Made by a program: the position numbers and the translations under genes
Source of the DNA: Ramazzottius varieornatus
Taxonomy: Eukaryota > Animalia > Tardigrada
Direction of reading: 5' to 3'
NCBI GenBank assembly: GCA_001949185.1
Contig: BDGG01000001.1
Coordinates: 7,266,149-7,330,148 of the forward strand
DNA: 64,000 nucleotides
Part shown: one piece after another, positions 1-13,319 of the stretch
How positions within the stretch are numbered: the stretch's first letter is position 1
Layout: each line of letters begins with the position of its first letter
Notes under the pieces: generated by a model
Databases searched by the model: none
What the model was told of the DNA's origin: nothing
What the model saw: the letters and a program-made list of their open reading frames with translations, nothing else

Positions 1-572
1 CTTCCGCCTTCCGGTCGCGGTCTCCACTCGATGCTTCCGACGCTTCCACATCGTCATCTTCGTCGATGACAATCTCCGTAGCGGCCATCCTTCAGCAGTT
101 CTCTCGAAAATCAACCAAACCTCTTGTACACTTCGCACAGCCGATGGTACAAGTTTTCATGGAAGAGCGAAAGTCAAGATTTCATCAGAAGATGCGTTAG
201 ACAACTAGAGTTAAGAGATTAGTCGCCCTCTTGCGACAACTTGTGCCGTATGGTGTGCTTGATTTTGCAATCGCTTAGTCATTTCTCACTCGAAGGTTTA
301 CATGGGTGGTTGTCCTCTAAGAACTATATGCATTTGGAACGATAATCGCTCGTTCAACTCTGAAAAAACTGTGACTTTTTACATTTACCAAAGCGGAATT
401 CGGCTTTCCGCTCCGCTTTGATCGTTTTACCGCTTTCGTAGTTTTCTACGAATTCCGCTTCGCTACGTCCAGTTTTGGCCAAAGCTCCGTCCGCTATAGT
501 TTCGCTACAAAGCGAAGCGAAGCGGACAGCGACCACGAAAACGCTACGCCGCTCCAAAACTGCTCATCCCTG
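1..572 (-). mobile_element. 5' end of a hAT-family DNA transposon, running off the left edge
   Basis: The minus strand begins CAGGGATG (plus CATCCCTG, 565-572), the Ac-like hAT terminus. CCGCT/TCGCT subterminal repeats lie at ~400-555. ATG at 88 opens MAATEIVIDEDDDVE, which resembles the N-terminus MPGEAVVVIDSDD of the hAT ORF at 23693. Confidence 0.7.
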
Positions 573-1341
573 GTCACAAGACCCGCAAACCGCAAATATG
601 TTTATGTGTGCGCACTGTACCCGGGCATAAGAACTTGGGGAAAGCCCGAGATATCGATTACGTTTTTGTACTAGTGCCCGAGATCGGATTGATCCGTTTG
701 TTTCTGGGCTGAAGACTGCAATAAGTACTGTACGAGTACTTCGCTGCTGGAGAACCGCAGGAGGTCCTTCCGGGCTGGCACTTCCGCCAGAAGTACGAGT
801 ACGAACTGCACCAGTCCCTCAGTGACGGGCATCAGGATGAACAGTCTAGTGCGTTAGGGCAACATGCAAGCTGCGTTTACTTCACGTTTACGACAAAGAA
901 GTATAAGCCTTCTTCATTAACCATTTTGTCTTGACATCGATTTTTGTCGTTGCATGCGTCGAGAAGCGCGCAGCAGCGTTCTCTGCTCGCTCACGTATGC
1001 GCCAGTATACCCGGGGGTGTGGTAAAGCTTCCACCACCACGTTGAGAGTCCGGAAAATTCCGCCGACAAAACGCGCACTCAACAGCTGTTCAACTTTGCA
1101 GGTTCTTTTCTCCATGACTCCCTCAGTCCTTCTTCGACAAGCTCTTTGCATCTCTTTGCTTGTTGTTGAGTGCTTAACCTGACCCTTTGGGAAAGGATTA
1201 TTCATCTCCTGAGTGCGGGAAGATTGTGTAGATTAGACTTTGTTGCGGATCGTAAGAGGACGACGGATTCTCGACGCACCTGATTTGTACGTGGAGAGAT
1301 CTCATACAGATCAGCATAATCTGGCTCAGAGGGACTTTTAG

Positions 1342-4300
1342 ATGACACAGAAATCCGCTCTCCGGGATCTGCTACGAGTTATCAAGAAGAACGGAACGGA
1401 TCGACTCTTCGTCGTTGCAGACGCTGGCATGAAACGGAATAGTCCAAGCATGGCCAGCCTTCCGGCGATTCGTGATCGCGCCAGTCGCAGTGGGGTGGTT
1501 CGCTCTCGGGCAGGCACCATCGACTCGGATTCTGGATATTCCGAGCTTGTACCCTCAGTACCCAGCACCCCTCCAGTGCGTGGAAGCACCAAGAGGCCCA
1601 GCTCTGGTAACAGCAACAACAGTCATCATAACGATGATGTCTTTCCCGTGACGATCCCCTATGGCAGCCGCAGCTCTGGAAGGAAAGCTGCCAAAATTTC
1701 AAGGGATAATGCGTCTCCTGATGAGCGTTTCGACGATATGGGGTGAGCTCTTGAATCTCGTGGGCTGGAATAATGTGAGATTTTTGTCGTACACAGCGGA
1801 TGACGCAAACCTGTTCGGTCGATTCGTTGATCAAAAGTCTGTGCTTGCGTGGCCATCTCATTTCCCAGCCTTTCTCAGAAACCTTCGGGATGGAAGTGTT
1901 ATAGTCTTTTCGTCCTGATGAGTTTCTGATGAATACTGTCCCTGAAGAGACTACAAAATTTTGTTTGGTTTCGGGAACGAAGGACTTGGAGGTGCTGGGA
2001 AGGAAATAGGCTCTTGCTACGTACATGCGATTTTCCGATCAGTTCGCGCAGCAGCACATGATATGCTGGAGTTGAATGGGTGGGGCTTATCAATGGTTAC
2101 AAACTTGCAGTGTATATGTTTGGTTGCAGACTGCTAACTCCGCTCACCAAAACCATCCCTGCAAAGTACGGAGTTCTGGAATTGGTGGTAGAACGACAGC
2201 CGGAAGGACATCACAGAGGTAACCAAAGGTCATACATTCGTGATGGTTTCGTGTTTTATGTCAATTCTTACATTGCATTGTGTATAGTCAAAGTTCAATC
2301 GAAGTCTCCATGAAGCAAAACTTCAAGGTTCTATACATAGCGAAACTTTATAGTAGTTAAGCCCATATCCTTGATGAATTACTGGAGATTCTCTCTTAAT
2401 GGTGATGCTTGATTAACGGTATCCTGTTGGGTTGCAGCTCGCTATCAGAAAGAAGGAAGTCGGGGATGCATTAAGGACCGCACCGGAAATTCGTGTCCTG
2501 CTGTTCAAGTAAGGGGAAAAGCCTTCTCAGTTATATGTCTGATCAATCATCTGTAATGGAGGTCAATCATGTAATGAATGTGAAGGTTGCTCATCGTGCG
2601 TTGTAGCTGAAAGGGATTGAGCATGCCAGTATTTTGCAAATCTTCGTGGCGACGGAGAGCGGGAAGGTTCGACCACACCCGCTGTACCGTGCATGCAAAG
2701 TCGGCGGCAAGAACTCCACTCCGTGCCGTGATCGCACAATCCAGAATATCAACGTCTTAGAAATGGATATCAAGCCGGAAAACGATGGCTTTGTCAAGTA
2801 AGAAAGAACCTTTTGTAGAATTCACGATGAAATAGTAGCCACGATTTATTTCATGCACCTGCGCACATTGATCTCTACACTTTTGCGGTATGAACGGTCT
2901 GCAGGTGCGTGAGAGCTTTAATTATGTTTATGTCAGGGACCTGCATACGCTTGGTAAAGTGCTTCGGCATGGTGTGATGTATGCAAGACCATGAAAGGTC
3001 GCTTGCTTTGTTTTTTTCCGATGTTCTCATGATTCACTGTTTGTTCTTTTTTGTAGTATCGACTGTATGGGTATTCTGAAGCTCCGCAACGCCGACTTGG
3101 AAGCCACAGCAGAAGCGGACGACACCGCGGGACGCCGGAAGAAGCGCGAACCTGGTGTGAGGCTGGTCTTTCGAGCCATCACGAGGTACGGCGAGACACC
3201 GGTGACGCTACAAGTCTGCTCCATACCAGTCTGTTGCAGTAAGTCTAATCATGCTTCATTGAAAGAGGTCTTTTAGTCTCTGTTATCAAGAAAACCGTTC
3301 CCGTGGCGCATTGATAGTCTCTTCCCGGTGTAATCGGATTGTAGCATATTACTGTCATTAGGGATGATTACTAAAAGAAGGTATAAAGTCTTTGCGCAGA
3401 GCTGACGTCTGTCTTCTGCCCTGTAGCTCCCACACCAGGTGTACCGGAAATACACCGCATCTCCCACAAGGAATGTCTCGCTTCAGGCGGATTAGAGTTA
3501 ATCATCCTGGGACGAAATTTCGTCAAGGACGATACAAAAATGTTCATACAGGAAGTCACCGATAAAAGTAAGCAAAATGTAGCTCCTGTGTATTTTTGGA
3601 TTTTGAACGTCACACAGACCTTTCATATTCCTTTGTAATTTTTAGCCGAGGAAGAAGTGGTTTGGCAGAGAGAAGTCACGCTGCAGCGAGAATTTTTCCA
3701 TGCCGCTCACATGGTGGGAATCTAGTCAGGCCGAGCGAAGCGAGGCCCTTTTAAGTCTGTCGAGATTTCAATGGACGATCAGATTGTTCGAGCTTTCAGA
3801 TATCGCAACCTCTGTACTGAAAACAAGTGCGCAACTTGATCCGAGTAGCAAAAGTTTTTACTCGCAAAACTTGTGCTTCTCTGCTTCTGCTCAGCCTTCC
3901 CAGTGGTCAGAACCACTAGCTAGTTCTATTTGATATTGATTAAAATAACCACAAGATCGAAAATATATTTTTCATCAACATGAAATATTTTGTAGGTTGC
4001 CGCCATTCCACCTTACCACAACTTGCTGATTTCCCAGCCCGTCAACGTTCAGATCGTCATCAAGAACAAGGCCAAAGTCAGCGAGCCTTATCCCTTCTCT
4101 TATTCACCTGGTAATTATTTTTCAAAAATAGGAGAAAAAATGTCCTATTCTTACGAGCTTCGCACTGCAGACGTATGTAAGGCTGTCTAAGCCGGCTTTT
4201 AACTCGGGCAAACCAAAAAAATAAACGTTCTGCGCGACCGGATGTGGGTGAGTATACTGGAGTAAGCGTGCTGTACCCAGGTCACTTCGTGCACAACGAT

Positions 4301-5074
4301 TTTGTTCTTGATTATATTCGTGGATGACTTTCAGATTTCATAGATCGCTTCTCCTTCTTTGTAGATGAAGCAGTCGAACGTCTTCTCCAGCAGAACCACC
4401 TCTCACGAATACCTGGTGTGGTGGAAGATGAAAGAAAATCTGAATGCAGAAGCATGATGTCTTCTGCCAGCAGGTCTCCAAGTTCCACCATCCCGGCACC
4501 GAATTTCACTGACGGCGAAGACGCTGCGGATGTGCGTCCGCGGAGCATAACCATGGCCTCGACCACAGTCTCTAACCACTCCATGGAAAGCGGCCATACC
4601 GCAAGTTTTCCACCCATTGGAAGGGTAGAGACGCTGGTGCCGATCACACCTGCCGGTGGTAGCATGGGCCAAATCAGCTACTACCTCCAAGCACCGGGCG
4701 GAAATCAGCCCATTTTCATTACCATCCCTAACATAAACCAACAACAGCCTCAAACACCAGCACAGATGCAGAATAGTATGATGAATATGATCATAGGGAA
4801 TCTACAAGCACAGATGGCGAGAGCGGAAGCTAGTTCTTCACCGTTTACGCCACAACCCACACAAGCCCCATACTACCCATCACCAGATACCCCCACCAAT
4901 CAACCTAGCTACGATGCCCAGCAGATGAAAAAATTCCTGCAGAGCTTCAATACAGGTGAGCTCCGAACGATGGATGTGACGCAGATGAACGAGGACCCCT
5001 TCACGGCGGCCAATGCCGAAACCGCTGCCGACGAGCTCTTTGCTCAGCTTCTCAGCGACATCATGGACGCTTAG
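1342..5074 (+). CDS. NFAT5: NFAT5/TonEBP-like Rel-homology transcription factor (spliced; 5' end may extend upstream)
   Basis: Spliced exons give QPEGHHR|ARYQKEGSRGCIKDR (NFAT DNA-recognition loop), RPHPLYRACKVGGKN, IDCMGILKLRNAD and VRLVFRA. These are followed by an IPT domain (GGLELIILGRNF) and a Q/P/S-rich tail. Introns are GT-AG. Confidence 0.9.
2857..2988. repeat. Tandem pair of family-B palindromes in an NFAT intron
   Basis: ACCTGCGCAC-N30-GTCTGCAGGT (2857-2906) and ACCTGCATAC-N30-GTATGCAAGA (2939-2988). Confidence 0.8.
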
Positions 5075-5952
5075 ATGAAGGGTGATGGGATTCGTGGCAA
5101 TGAGAAGGAAAGAAAAAAGAATTATACTTGTTGTTGTGCTGAATTCTTTACGCTTCAATCACACTTTAGGCTTCCTTTGTATAATCCGTCGCTTTCTGAT
5201 AGTTTGGGCTCACCTGTTCTTTTGCTGCAGATTTTTGCAGATATTCCTATGCATATCGGTGAATAACTGCAAATTACTAAGATTTTATTCTGTTTCTTGT
5301 TATGGCGGGGAATGTTTGGGTGATCGTTTGAGTAACGGGAATGATTTTCTTTCCTCGCTGAGAAGGCACCCATCTTGTGCTCGTGTGTGTGGCCACTGTG
5401 TACATTAGCGATGCGTTTTGTGTTACCTATTTTTTTTACGAAAACTTCCTCATCTTGAAATAAAGTTTCTGAGGAGCAATTCCGTGATATCTGGATTCTG
5501 GACAAGGAAGTGGGAGCAAAGTCCATGAGAGAAGACTCATGACGCTGATTGATTGGTCAATCAACAGTTCGAATCAATCGACGGATGTACACTGACAGCT
5601 CCGAGCGAACTAAACAGCACGATCCGAGGCTTGATTGGTTCGCTTGGTTAATTCATTCAGTATGGTTTCGCGGTAAGGTGGTTACAAACATCAATCAAGT
5701 TCATGTAAGTAGGGTGTTTTCTTCCAGATTTCTTTCACGTCAGCGTTTGGGCCGGAATTTATTCTCATTGGACTTCTTGTCGTCTTCCCGTCTGAATCCC
5801 GAGTCGGCAGTCTACGAGATCGTGTTTGGAGGAGGGTAGAGAAACACGAGCTTATTGAGCGGAGCAGGTAAGATTTGTTTGCGAGAAACTTTCATCTGGC
5901 GGAGAGAAACGCGCCACTATGATGGGTAAGTTGCTTTGCAGGTCTGTCCACA

Positions 5953-7141
5953 ATGTCTAAAACAATGGATATTAACTCCATTGTTAAGGACTTCATGGCT
6001 GGAGGTATATCTGCAGCCATCTCCAAGACGGCAGTCGCGCCGCTGGAGCGCGTTAAGCTGATCCTGCAAGTCCAGAAAGATTCCCTGCAGATCCGTCCCG
6101 ACCAACGCTACAAAGGCATGATGGATGCATTTGTCCGTATTCCGAAAGAACAAGGCTACATATCCTTCTGGCGCGGCAACTGGGCTAACGTCATCCGCTA
6201 CTTTCCTACACAAGCACTCAACTTTGCGTTCAAGGATCAGTACAAGCGTGTCTTCCTGTCGGGAGTCAACCAAGATACCCAGTTCTTTCGCTTCTTCCTG
6301 GGCAACGTCTTGGCCGGTGGCGCAGCTGGTATGACTTCGCTGGTCTTTGTATACCCTCTGGACTTCGCCAGAACCCGTCTCGGAGTGGACGTTGGAAAAG
6401 GTATGCCGGAAACTTTGTATGAACCGTCAGAAACGGAATAATTCGTACGAACCACGACAAAACTGTTTCACTCGCGCACAATATTTCTTTTATCGGCACT
6501 TTTCTGTTGACTTTGATGACGTCATGGAGGAGTTGATAGGCTCCAATCAAAACCGAAGTTATCTGGGTGAAGTATGACGTCATTGCACGTGGCCACTTCG
6601 GCTGGTGATAATGGGTATGGGAGCGTGAGCATGACATAACATGCGCACTTGCATTTTAGGCGCCGCCGGTCGGGAATTCAACGGTTTATGGGACTGCATG
6701 AAGAAGATAACAGTAGCTGATGGTCCCAGAGGTTTGTATCGAGGTTTCAACGTCTCAGTGCAGGGTATTTTCATCTATCGAGCTGCCTACTTTGGCTTGT
6801 TCGACACGTCGAAAGTCTACTTCAAAGATAAGAAAGTCCCGATAGTGCTAAACTTTTGTATCGCGCTGGTCGTCACCACCATTGCCGAGTTCCTGGCTTA
6901 TCCATGGGACACGGTCCGACGTCGCATGATGATGCAGTCTGGTAGGAAGGATATCCTGTACAAGAACTCGTGGGACGCCATGACCAAGATCGCCAAGAAC
7001 GAAGGCGCGGCGGCCTTCTTCAACGGCGCAGTCAGTAACATGCTGCGAGGTGTCGGAGGTGCGCTGGTCCTTGTACTCTACGACGAACTTAGACATGCCA
7101 TGGAAGCAAATCCTAACGCGCCCAGAAAAGTCGGGCATTGA
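5953..7141 (+). CDS. ANT: Mitochondrial ADP/ATP carrier (adenine nucleotide translocase), 2 exons
   Basis: [46 protein letters not shown] and the RRRMMM signature. Phase-1 intron 6401-6659 joins GKG|AAGREF. Confidence 0.97.
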
Positions 7142-7757
7142 AAGCACTTTTCGGAGAATTTTTCGACCTATGTTCCGTAGAGGGATTTGTAGCTTAATCC
7201 TGTAATTTTCCGGCACGGTAATACCATGCCTAAAGAATTTCTCCGATTTTTCTGCTGAGCTACTTTTTCATTTTTAATCTATAAGTGTCACTTTGCTCAT
7301 CGGCTTCATTCCTCCCACTATTTCATCATGTTTCTGTTTGATTTGGTTTTAGTCCCCGTGTTTATCTCGTTCCTTCCGGTAAAATTCCAGGCCAACTTCA
7401 GCCTCCGTTACAGAAAGATTCGAAATCTCCGATTTTTAATCATACGGTACGCGATAAAAAACTAACCCATAAGATCACTGAGCTTCTACGTACAGAACAA
7501 CCCCACACAGTACGAAGGCACAGAGGGAATTTAGGCACATAGAAAAATGAGTTTCCGACAGACGGGAATTATGGAAGTAGAAATTTGATATAAGAGTCAG
7601 CGATCACAAGATAGGCACGAAGATATCTTGGCCGAGCTTTTCCCAACAAGCAGAAAAACGCATACAGTATAAAACTTACACCAGGACGTCAAATTTTACA
7701 AAGCCGGTGAAACTTCAAAGCGCCATTCTCAACAACGACCGGCAGTTATTTTTCAAC

Positions 7758-10700
7758 TTAGATAGTGGTCGAAGTAACGATGCTTATGCCATGCACTAAC
7801 AAGGCCGGGCTCGGCAACGACGAAATGCTTTCCAGGAAGTCCATGTACACTTCGCTTTTGGTCACATCGGACGGAGGTCGCGGCATGTACAGGAACGTCA
7901 GAGCGGAAGTCTGACTGTGGAACCTCAGCAACCTCTGGACTGCATGAACGTATCCTTCAGGGAGACTGTATGGCTGCATCTCGGACACCGGGCTAGAAAC
8001 TTCGTTGCTCAAGGAACTGTCCACGTAGGAGGCTGTAGTGGAACGGTCTATGTGCTGCATGGCGTCGTCCCATACGACGGGTACGACCTTGCCTTGGATG
8101 CGCAGTTGGCCCAGAAGGTTATTGAGAGTTCGGACGCGCTTCAAGACGTTGTCCGTTTGTTGTCTATGAGTCAGGAAAACCCTCAACGTCGACCTACAAG
8201 GCAAGGAAAAGGAAGAAGTATTCATGACAAATTCAAGCAGGGGTATTGCCAGCCTCGATGTACCCCTGCATTCAAGGACCACTTCACTGCATCCACCGGT
8301 GACGTGTAATCATCCGTACATCCACCTTACTGACAGTACGACTGAATTGTACGCAGATACTTGAAAGTCTGAATCCGTTTCCAGTACGGCTCACTGGACA
8401 ATTCCGCAGTCTTTCAAGTACCTGCATACCGGAGCACCATACAAAAACGTTGCTCGGCCGTATGCAGGTACTGGACGGATAAGTACTTTATTGTTTAGAG
8501 ACCTAACAAGAGCCTGCATACAGCTAAGCCATTGATTTCCTGTGGCGTTCAAGTATGCAGGCTCGCAGAAGACGGGAACAACACCGATCTCTTCGTTAAA
8601 TGTTCATACCTTCGACGCCACGTGCTGGTCATCTGGAGTACCGTGGCCAGTTGCATCAGGAACAGCGCCGATGTGTCGTAGTTGTCGACAAGCGAAGGAC
8701 GCATCAAGTCAACTGGCCACACATCGATCTGCACCGGTCCACTCTGCAGCGTCCCCCTCTTGTCGAAAGTCTGGAAGTTGCGCGCGATACAGACGTTCTT
8801 CCGCATGCGGAGACAGTCGCGCAGGATCTGGACAAACTCCCGGGATGATAGACCCGGAGGTTGATGAGGTATAGAGAAAGGTGACGACACGAACTCGCTG
8901 GACGGAATGGTCGGGTTGCAATAGCGAGGAAAGCCCAGAATGATCGTGTTGGGCTTCATCCCGCCTAAACCCGAGAGGTGTACTAGGTGGTGAAGACCCT
9001 CACGAACAGTCCTACAAAGTCACCAACGTGTCATCTGCCTTCACGTCGGAAACAAACAGTAACAAAGTGGACGTCATTAGAAAGAATGCGAACTATATGT
9101 TCAACACGATAGCCTCACCGGAGAAAACTTCATCTGACAGAAGACAGAAACCTCGATATTGAGTACGAAGATCCACTTTTTGAGAGTGGAGAAACAGAAA
9201 CCGCCACAGATTCTACAAACTATGAATACCTTGCCATGGTCAGTTCGACGAAAGCCTTTACTCTCAAGCGATCGACATACTCCAGCCATTCTGAGTATTC
9301 TTCTTGCAGTGGGTCGACTTCCAGGTCTTCGAAGCTACCTTTCTTGACATGGCCAATCATGTACAGTCCTACAAGACAATAGCATGGAAAACAGTCACAA
9401 CCTTATGGTGGAAGGTCGGGAGAAGACTAGGAAAGGGTTCACTTACCTCCTTTCTTGAGGTCGTTGATGAAATCGACCAAGTTATCCGCCGTGTCCCTTC
9501 TCGAGACCAAGAGCAGCACCTGCGGCCTCCAGAACTTGACATGTTCTTTCCTAATGTCCAACAGCAACAGGTACTTCCGCACTTGATGAAAAATGAGTGC
9601 CTGGCTGATGGAGCCCCAATTGATGTCGGGACTCCAAAAATGCAGGCTAAGCATCAGCAGCAGTGCCACCGCGAAGGAGACCGCAGCGTAGATGGGTGAG
9701 ATGATAAACATCATGACACCACATCCGCACATGCCCAGGAAAGCCGTGTGCCAGCTGAAGAAGTTATACTTGGGTCGCCAGTTGGGCGCGGAGGCTAATT
9801 CCATGGCCAGACAGGCTAGGTTGTTGCCAAAGTAGGAGAGAAGAAAAAAAATGGACGTGATGCGGGCGATTTGGTTGAGCGAAGGAATCAACAGAACAAT
9901 CTACCAAAATAGAGGAGACAGTTTAGGGCTCGCAATCAAGAAACGGGCGCCTTTCAAGCACATACGGACCTGTAACGGCACTACCATAGGGTTAAGCAGA
10001 TATGCAGGTATGTGCAACGCAAAATAAACCGAATATTCATAAATTCAGTCGACTTTCAAACGCTTGCGTACTTCCGCTCGCGTGTTTTACTGTTCGCCAT
10101 CTGTATGCAGGGACGTGTTCTTATCGCAGGGACGTGTTCTTATCTTACCACAGTGAGGAGGAAGGACAGTAGCACCGCCGGTATCGGATTTCCCGAGCTG
10201 GTAGTCTTGGCGAAGGGACTTAGCAGCGAGCCGAAGAGTTTATCTCTAGACACCGCCAGCAAGACCCGGCTAGCGCCCATCAGGTTGGTCATTGCAGCGG
10301 ACAGCGTGGCAGCGAGGACGCCGATGTCCACACTCGGTGCCCAGACGCTAATGGCTTGCATGAATGTGTAGTTATTCCTCAGCAAGTCACTGCAAAACAA
10401 AGCCCGACATACAGTACCATAAGCTCACAAGCCAGCCAAATGCCAAAGGTACGCGGGAAGGCCCAACAAAAAGTCCGCAGTCTTTCACACACCTACATCC
10501 TCGAGCGGTACGGTTAATGTCCGCCTGGATGTATGCAGGTTCTTGCAAAATACTGAACCCAATTTGCAACCCGACTTCACGAATATAAAACAGCACTCTT
10601 TGGTGAAGTCTGGATGATTAACGGCTTACTTTGTACAAGAGAAGGCGGTCAGGACGACAATTGTCGTGTAAACGACCGCGGTGGTGGCGAGTCCCGACAG

Positions 10701-12360
10701 AGTTCCACGAGGTATGGCTTTGGCTGGGTTCTTCAGTTCACCTGCGACGTTGGCGCCGCTCATGATGCCCGTCACACCGTTAAAGAGAACAGCAAAGACG
10801 GTCGCTGTGTCGACTTCCATACCGGAAGTGTAATCTGGTAGATCGAAGTGTGCTATACGAAGAAAAAACACGAGTGGATCGAACAGCAATGAGACAAATG
10901 GATAATGAAGATATTATAATTACGGTAAGTGTTGTTGGCAAATGTGGCTTTCGAAAGTCCGGTGTACTTTTCGCAGTAGGTAATATTATCTGTAGCGTTC
11001 GATCCGTAGTAGAACTGGTTCGTCCGAGGAATGTCGATGCAGAGTTCTCTGGAAAGAAAAGAGAGCATCTGTGAGAGTCATCTCTGCTGGTCTGGATGAG
11101 GGGTGCGATAAAAAGTTTGGCTTCTTACGAGCTGTTTATGAAGAAACTCAGGAAGGAAATGAAGGCCGCTGTGGCGACGACAGCCAGGATGAAGGCTGAC
11201 ATGTAAGCGAACATGGATGCGCCAACGACGCAAACGCCCATGTTGAAGACGCATATCACAGCGCCGTAGACGAAGGAGTACCAACGCCCATCAAGAAGGC
11301 CGCCATCAGAAAGTGACCCTTCGAGACAAAAGACGCCAGTTACAAACTAGCAACAAGCTACTCACTGCTGAATGAACTCCCAGAAAATTCAAAACTAGGC
11401 GTGAAAGATCGTCGTATCAAGTTGCGTACGCTTGCGGCGATTAACAATGAAACTGTGCGCCACTCAAGATGACGTCCTTTCAAGTTTCGTTTTCCGACCT
11501 GCCCAATTCGTTATGGACTAATTTACCACCAGGTCCAAAGCTGTTGATGAGGGTTTCCACCGCGCCGGAGACGTACAGCGCACCCGAGCAGATGTTGGCG
11601 AAGAAAAACAGCAGACCGATGGCTCCACCAAATTCCGGACCAAGAGCTCGGCTAATCATATCTGCATCATACACAAACATGTGAGCCACACAACATGTCA
11701 CAAAGTAACCTGAGGCAGGGTCGAAAAACTTCATGACTGCTTCGGGCTGTTGTCGATTACAAGCACCTGAGCTATTTTGGTTTCATCGAAAGTTGTCGCT
11801 TACAGTAAGCTCCTCCACTTTCCACTGCCCCGTTCGTCGAAATAGCACAAACTGAGAAGACGGTGCAGGTGACGATAACGTATGCGATGGCGAAAAGACC
11901 TAACGTCAGAAGGAATCCAGCATATCCAACGGCAAAACCTGGAAGGAGAGAACAATAAGGAAGTGTTTTAACAAGTAGCGCACGCTTCTAGCCACTGACA
12001 CTGAAAAAATACGCCACTTGGGAGAACAATCTTGTCGAGTTTGTTTGCCAAACATATACAATTTGAAATCCACCAGAAAACACAGAATAAATTAACGCAA
12101 GCTTTACCAAGACGTAGAAAGAGGATGGCGCTGAACATAGACAGGCATACTGGTGCGAAGACACCAGAGAAAGTGGAGAGTCGTCTGTGCGACGACTGCG
12201 GAAATTCTTCGTATTCGACATCATCAGCGTTGATGCTCGACTGTCTGTTTCGTCCGAAACCAGCCAGGCTACGGAACAGGCTGCGCTGTTGCTGGAGTGG
12301 CCGGTCCGTGGAAGAATTGATGGAGCGGATTTCTGAGCTGCTTCCGGTCGGAGATAACAT
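7758..12360 (-). CDS. SLC12A9: Cation-chloride cotransporter family member, SLC12A9/CIP1-like (multi-exon)
   Basis: [104 protein letters not shown] and a C-terminal [13 protein letters not shown]. Confidence 0.93.
8420..8562. repeat. Tandem pair of family-B palindromes in a SLC12A9 intron
   Basis: ACCTGCATAC-N30-GTATGCAGGT (8420-8469) and GCCTGCATAC-N31-GTATGCAGGC (8512-8562). Confidence 0.85.
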
Positions 12361-13319
12361 TATCTAAAGTGCGCAGACAGAAAATATTTCGAATGGTACC
12401 AAATAAATTGATCATGAGATCGGAAGAGCCAGACCTACATCGGATAATGATGGGATAGATTGGGAGAACAATTGAAATCTGTCCATCCGGTTATTCACCC
12501 GAGAACTATTTCATAGCCTGAATCGCGAAGAACGTTGACACGGCTATCACGGAATGGAATCGGCTATCAAGTGCCTGAAATAAACAGACATTAAACAATG
12601 CGAACTCGAACAATCCCTTCGTAACTCCCCATATTGTATCACATCATATCCACACAGAGCAGAACAATCTTGGAGATCGAATTGGCCGAGTTCTCACCTT
12701 TAAGTTGAACGACAGAGATGTTTTCTGACCTAGACCCTCTGCCTAGACGTTGAAGTTGAACAAGACTGTAGAGTGGACGAGTCTGCTGTTCAGCTCCCAA
12801 CTTCCGGTGACATTCTTGGTCGAGCGAAGGTACGCGCGTTCGGTGAATCCGCCTACTTTTTCTCCGGAACGAAACAAGATGCTGTATGTTTGCGCGAAGA
12901 GAACTGGGAAGACTGAGTGGGAAGAAAGTCAAGAAGGAATTCGAAAAATGAAAATCGCAACAAAGTGGATACGCCCACTGCATAGCTGCACCACTGCGTT
13001 GAGACAGTCAGCTATGAGGAACAGGATGCTGGTCTGTGGTTGATCAATCGATTGATCAATTATGGTGCACGATTCGCACTTGCGCAGGTGACACCCGGGC
13101 CCGTTTGGTGCGCATGAGCACCGGAAACTCAAAATAATTCGAAAAACGGACTTCACTTGAGTGAACTTGGTGAAGTTTAGTATTTTCCAGTATATTTGCG
13201 GAGGAAAGAAGTCTCGAATCTCTATCTATCTCGGTATCTCGGATCGTCCCTCATGTTTGCTTTCTTTGCAGATTAGCGTGCCTCATACGCGGCGGAAGGA
13301 CCTTCTCACAGGTGAAACC

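Noticed and set aside
3722-3750. CTAG plus GGCCGAGCGAAGCGAGGCC hairpin resembling a Helitron 3' end
   Set aside because: No matching 5' end or second copy was identified; too short to call.
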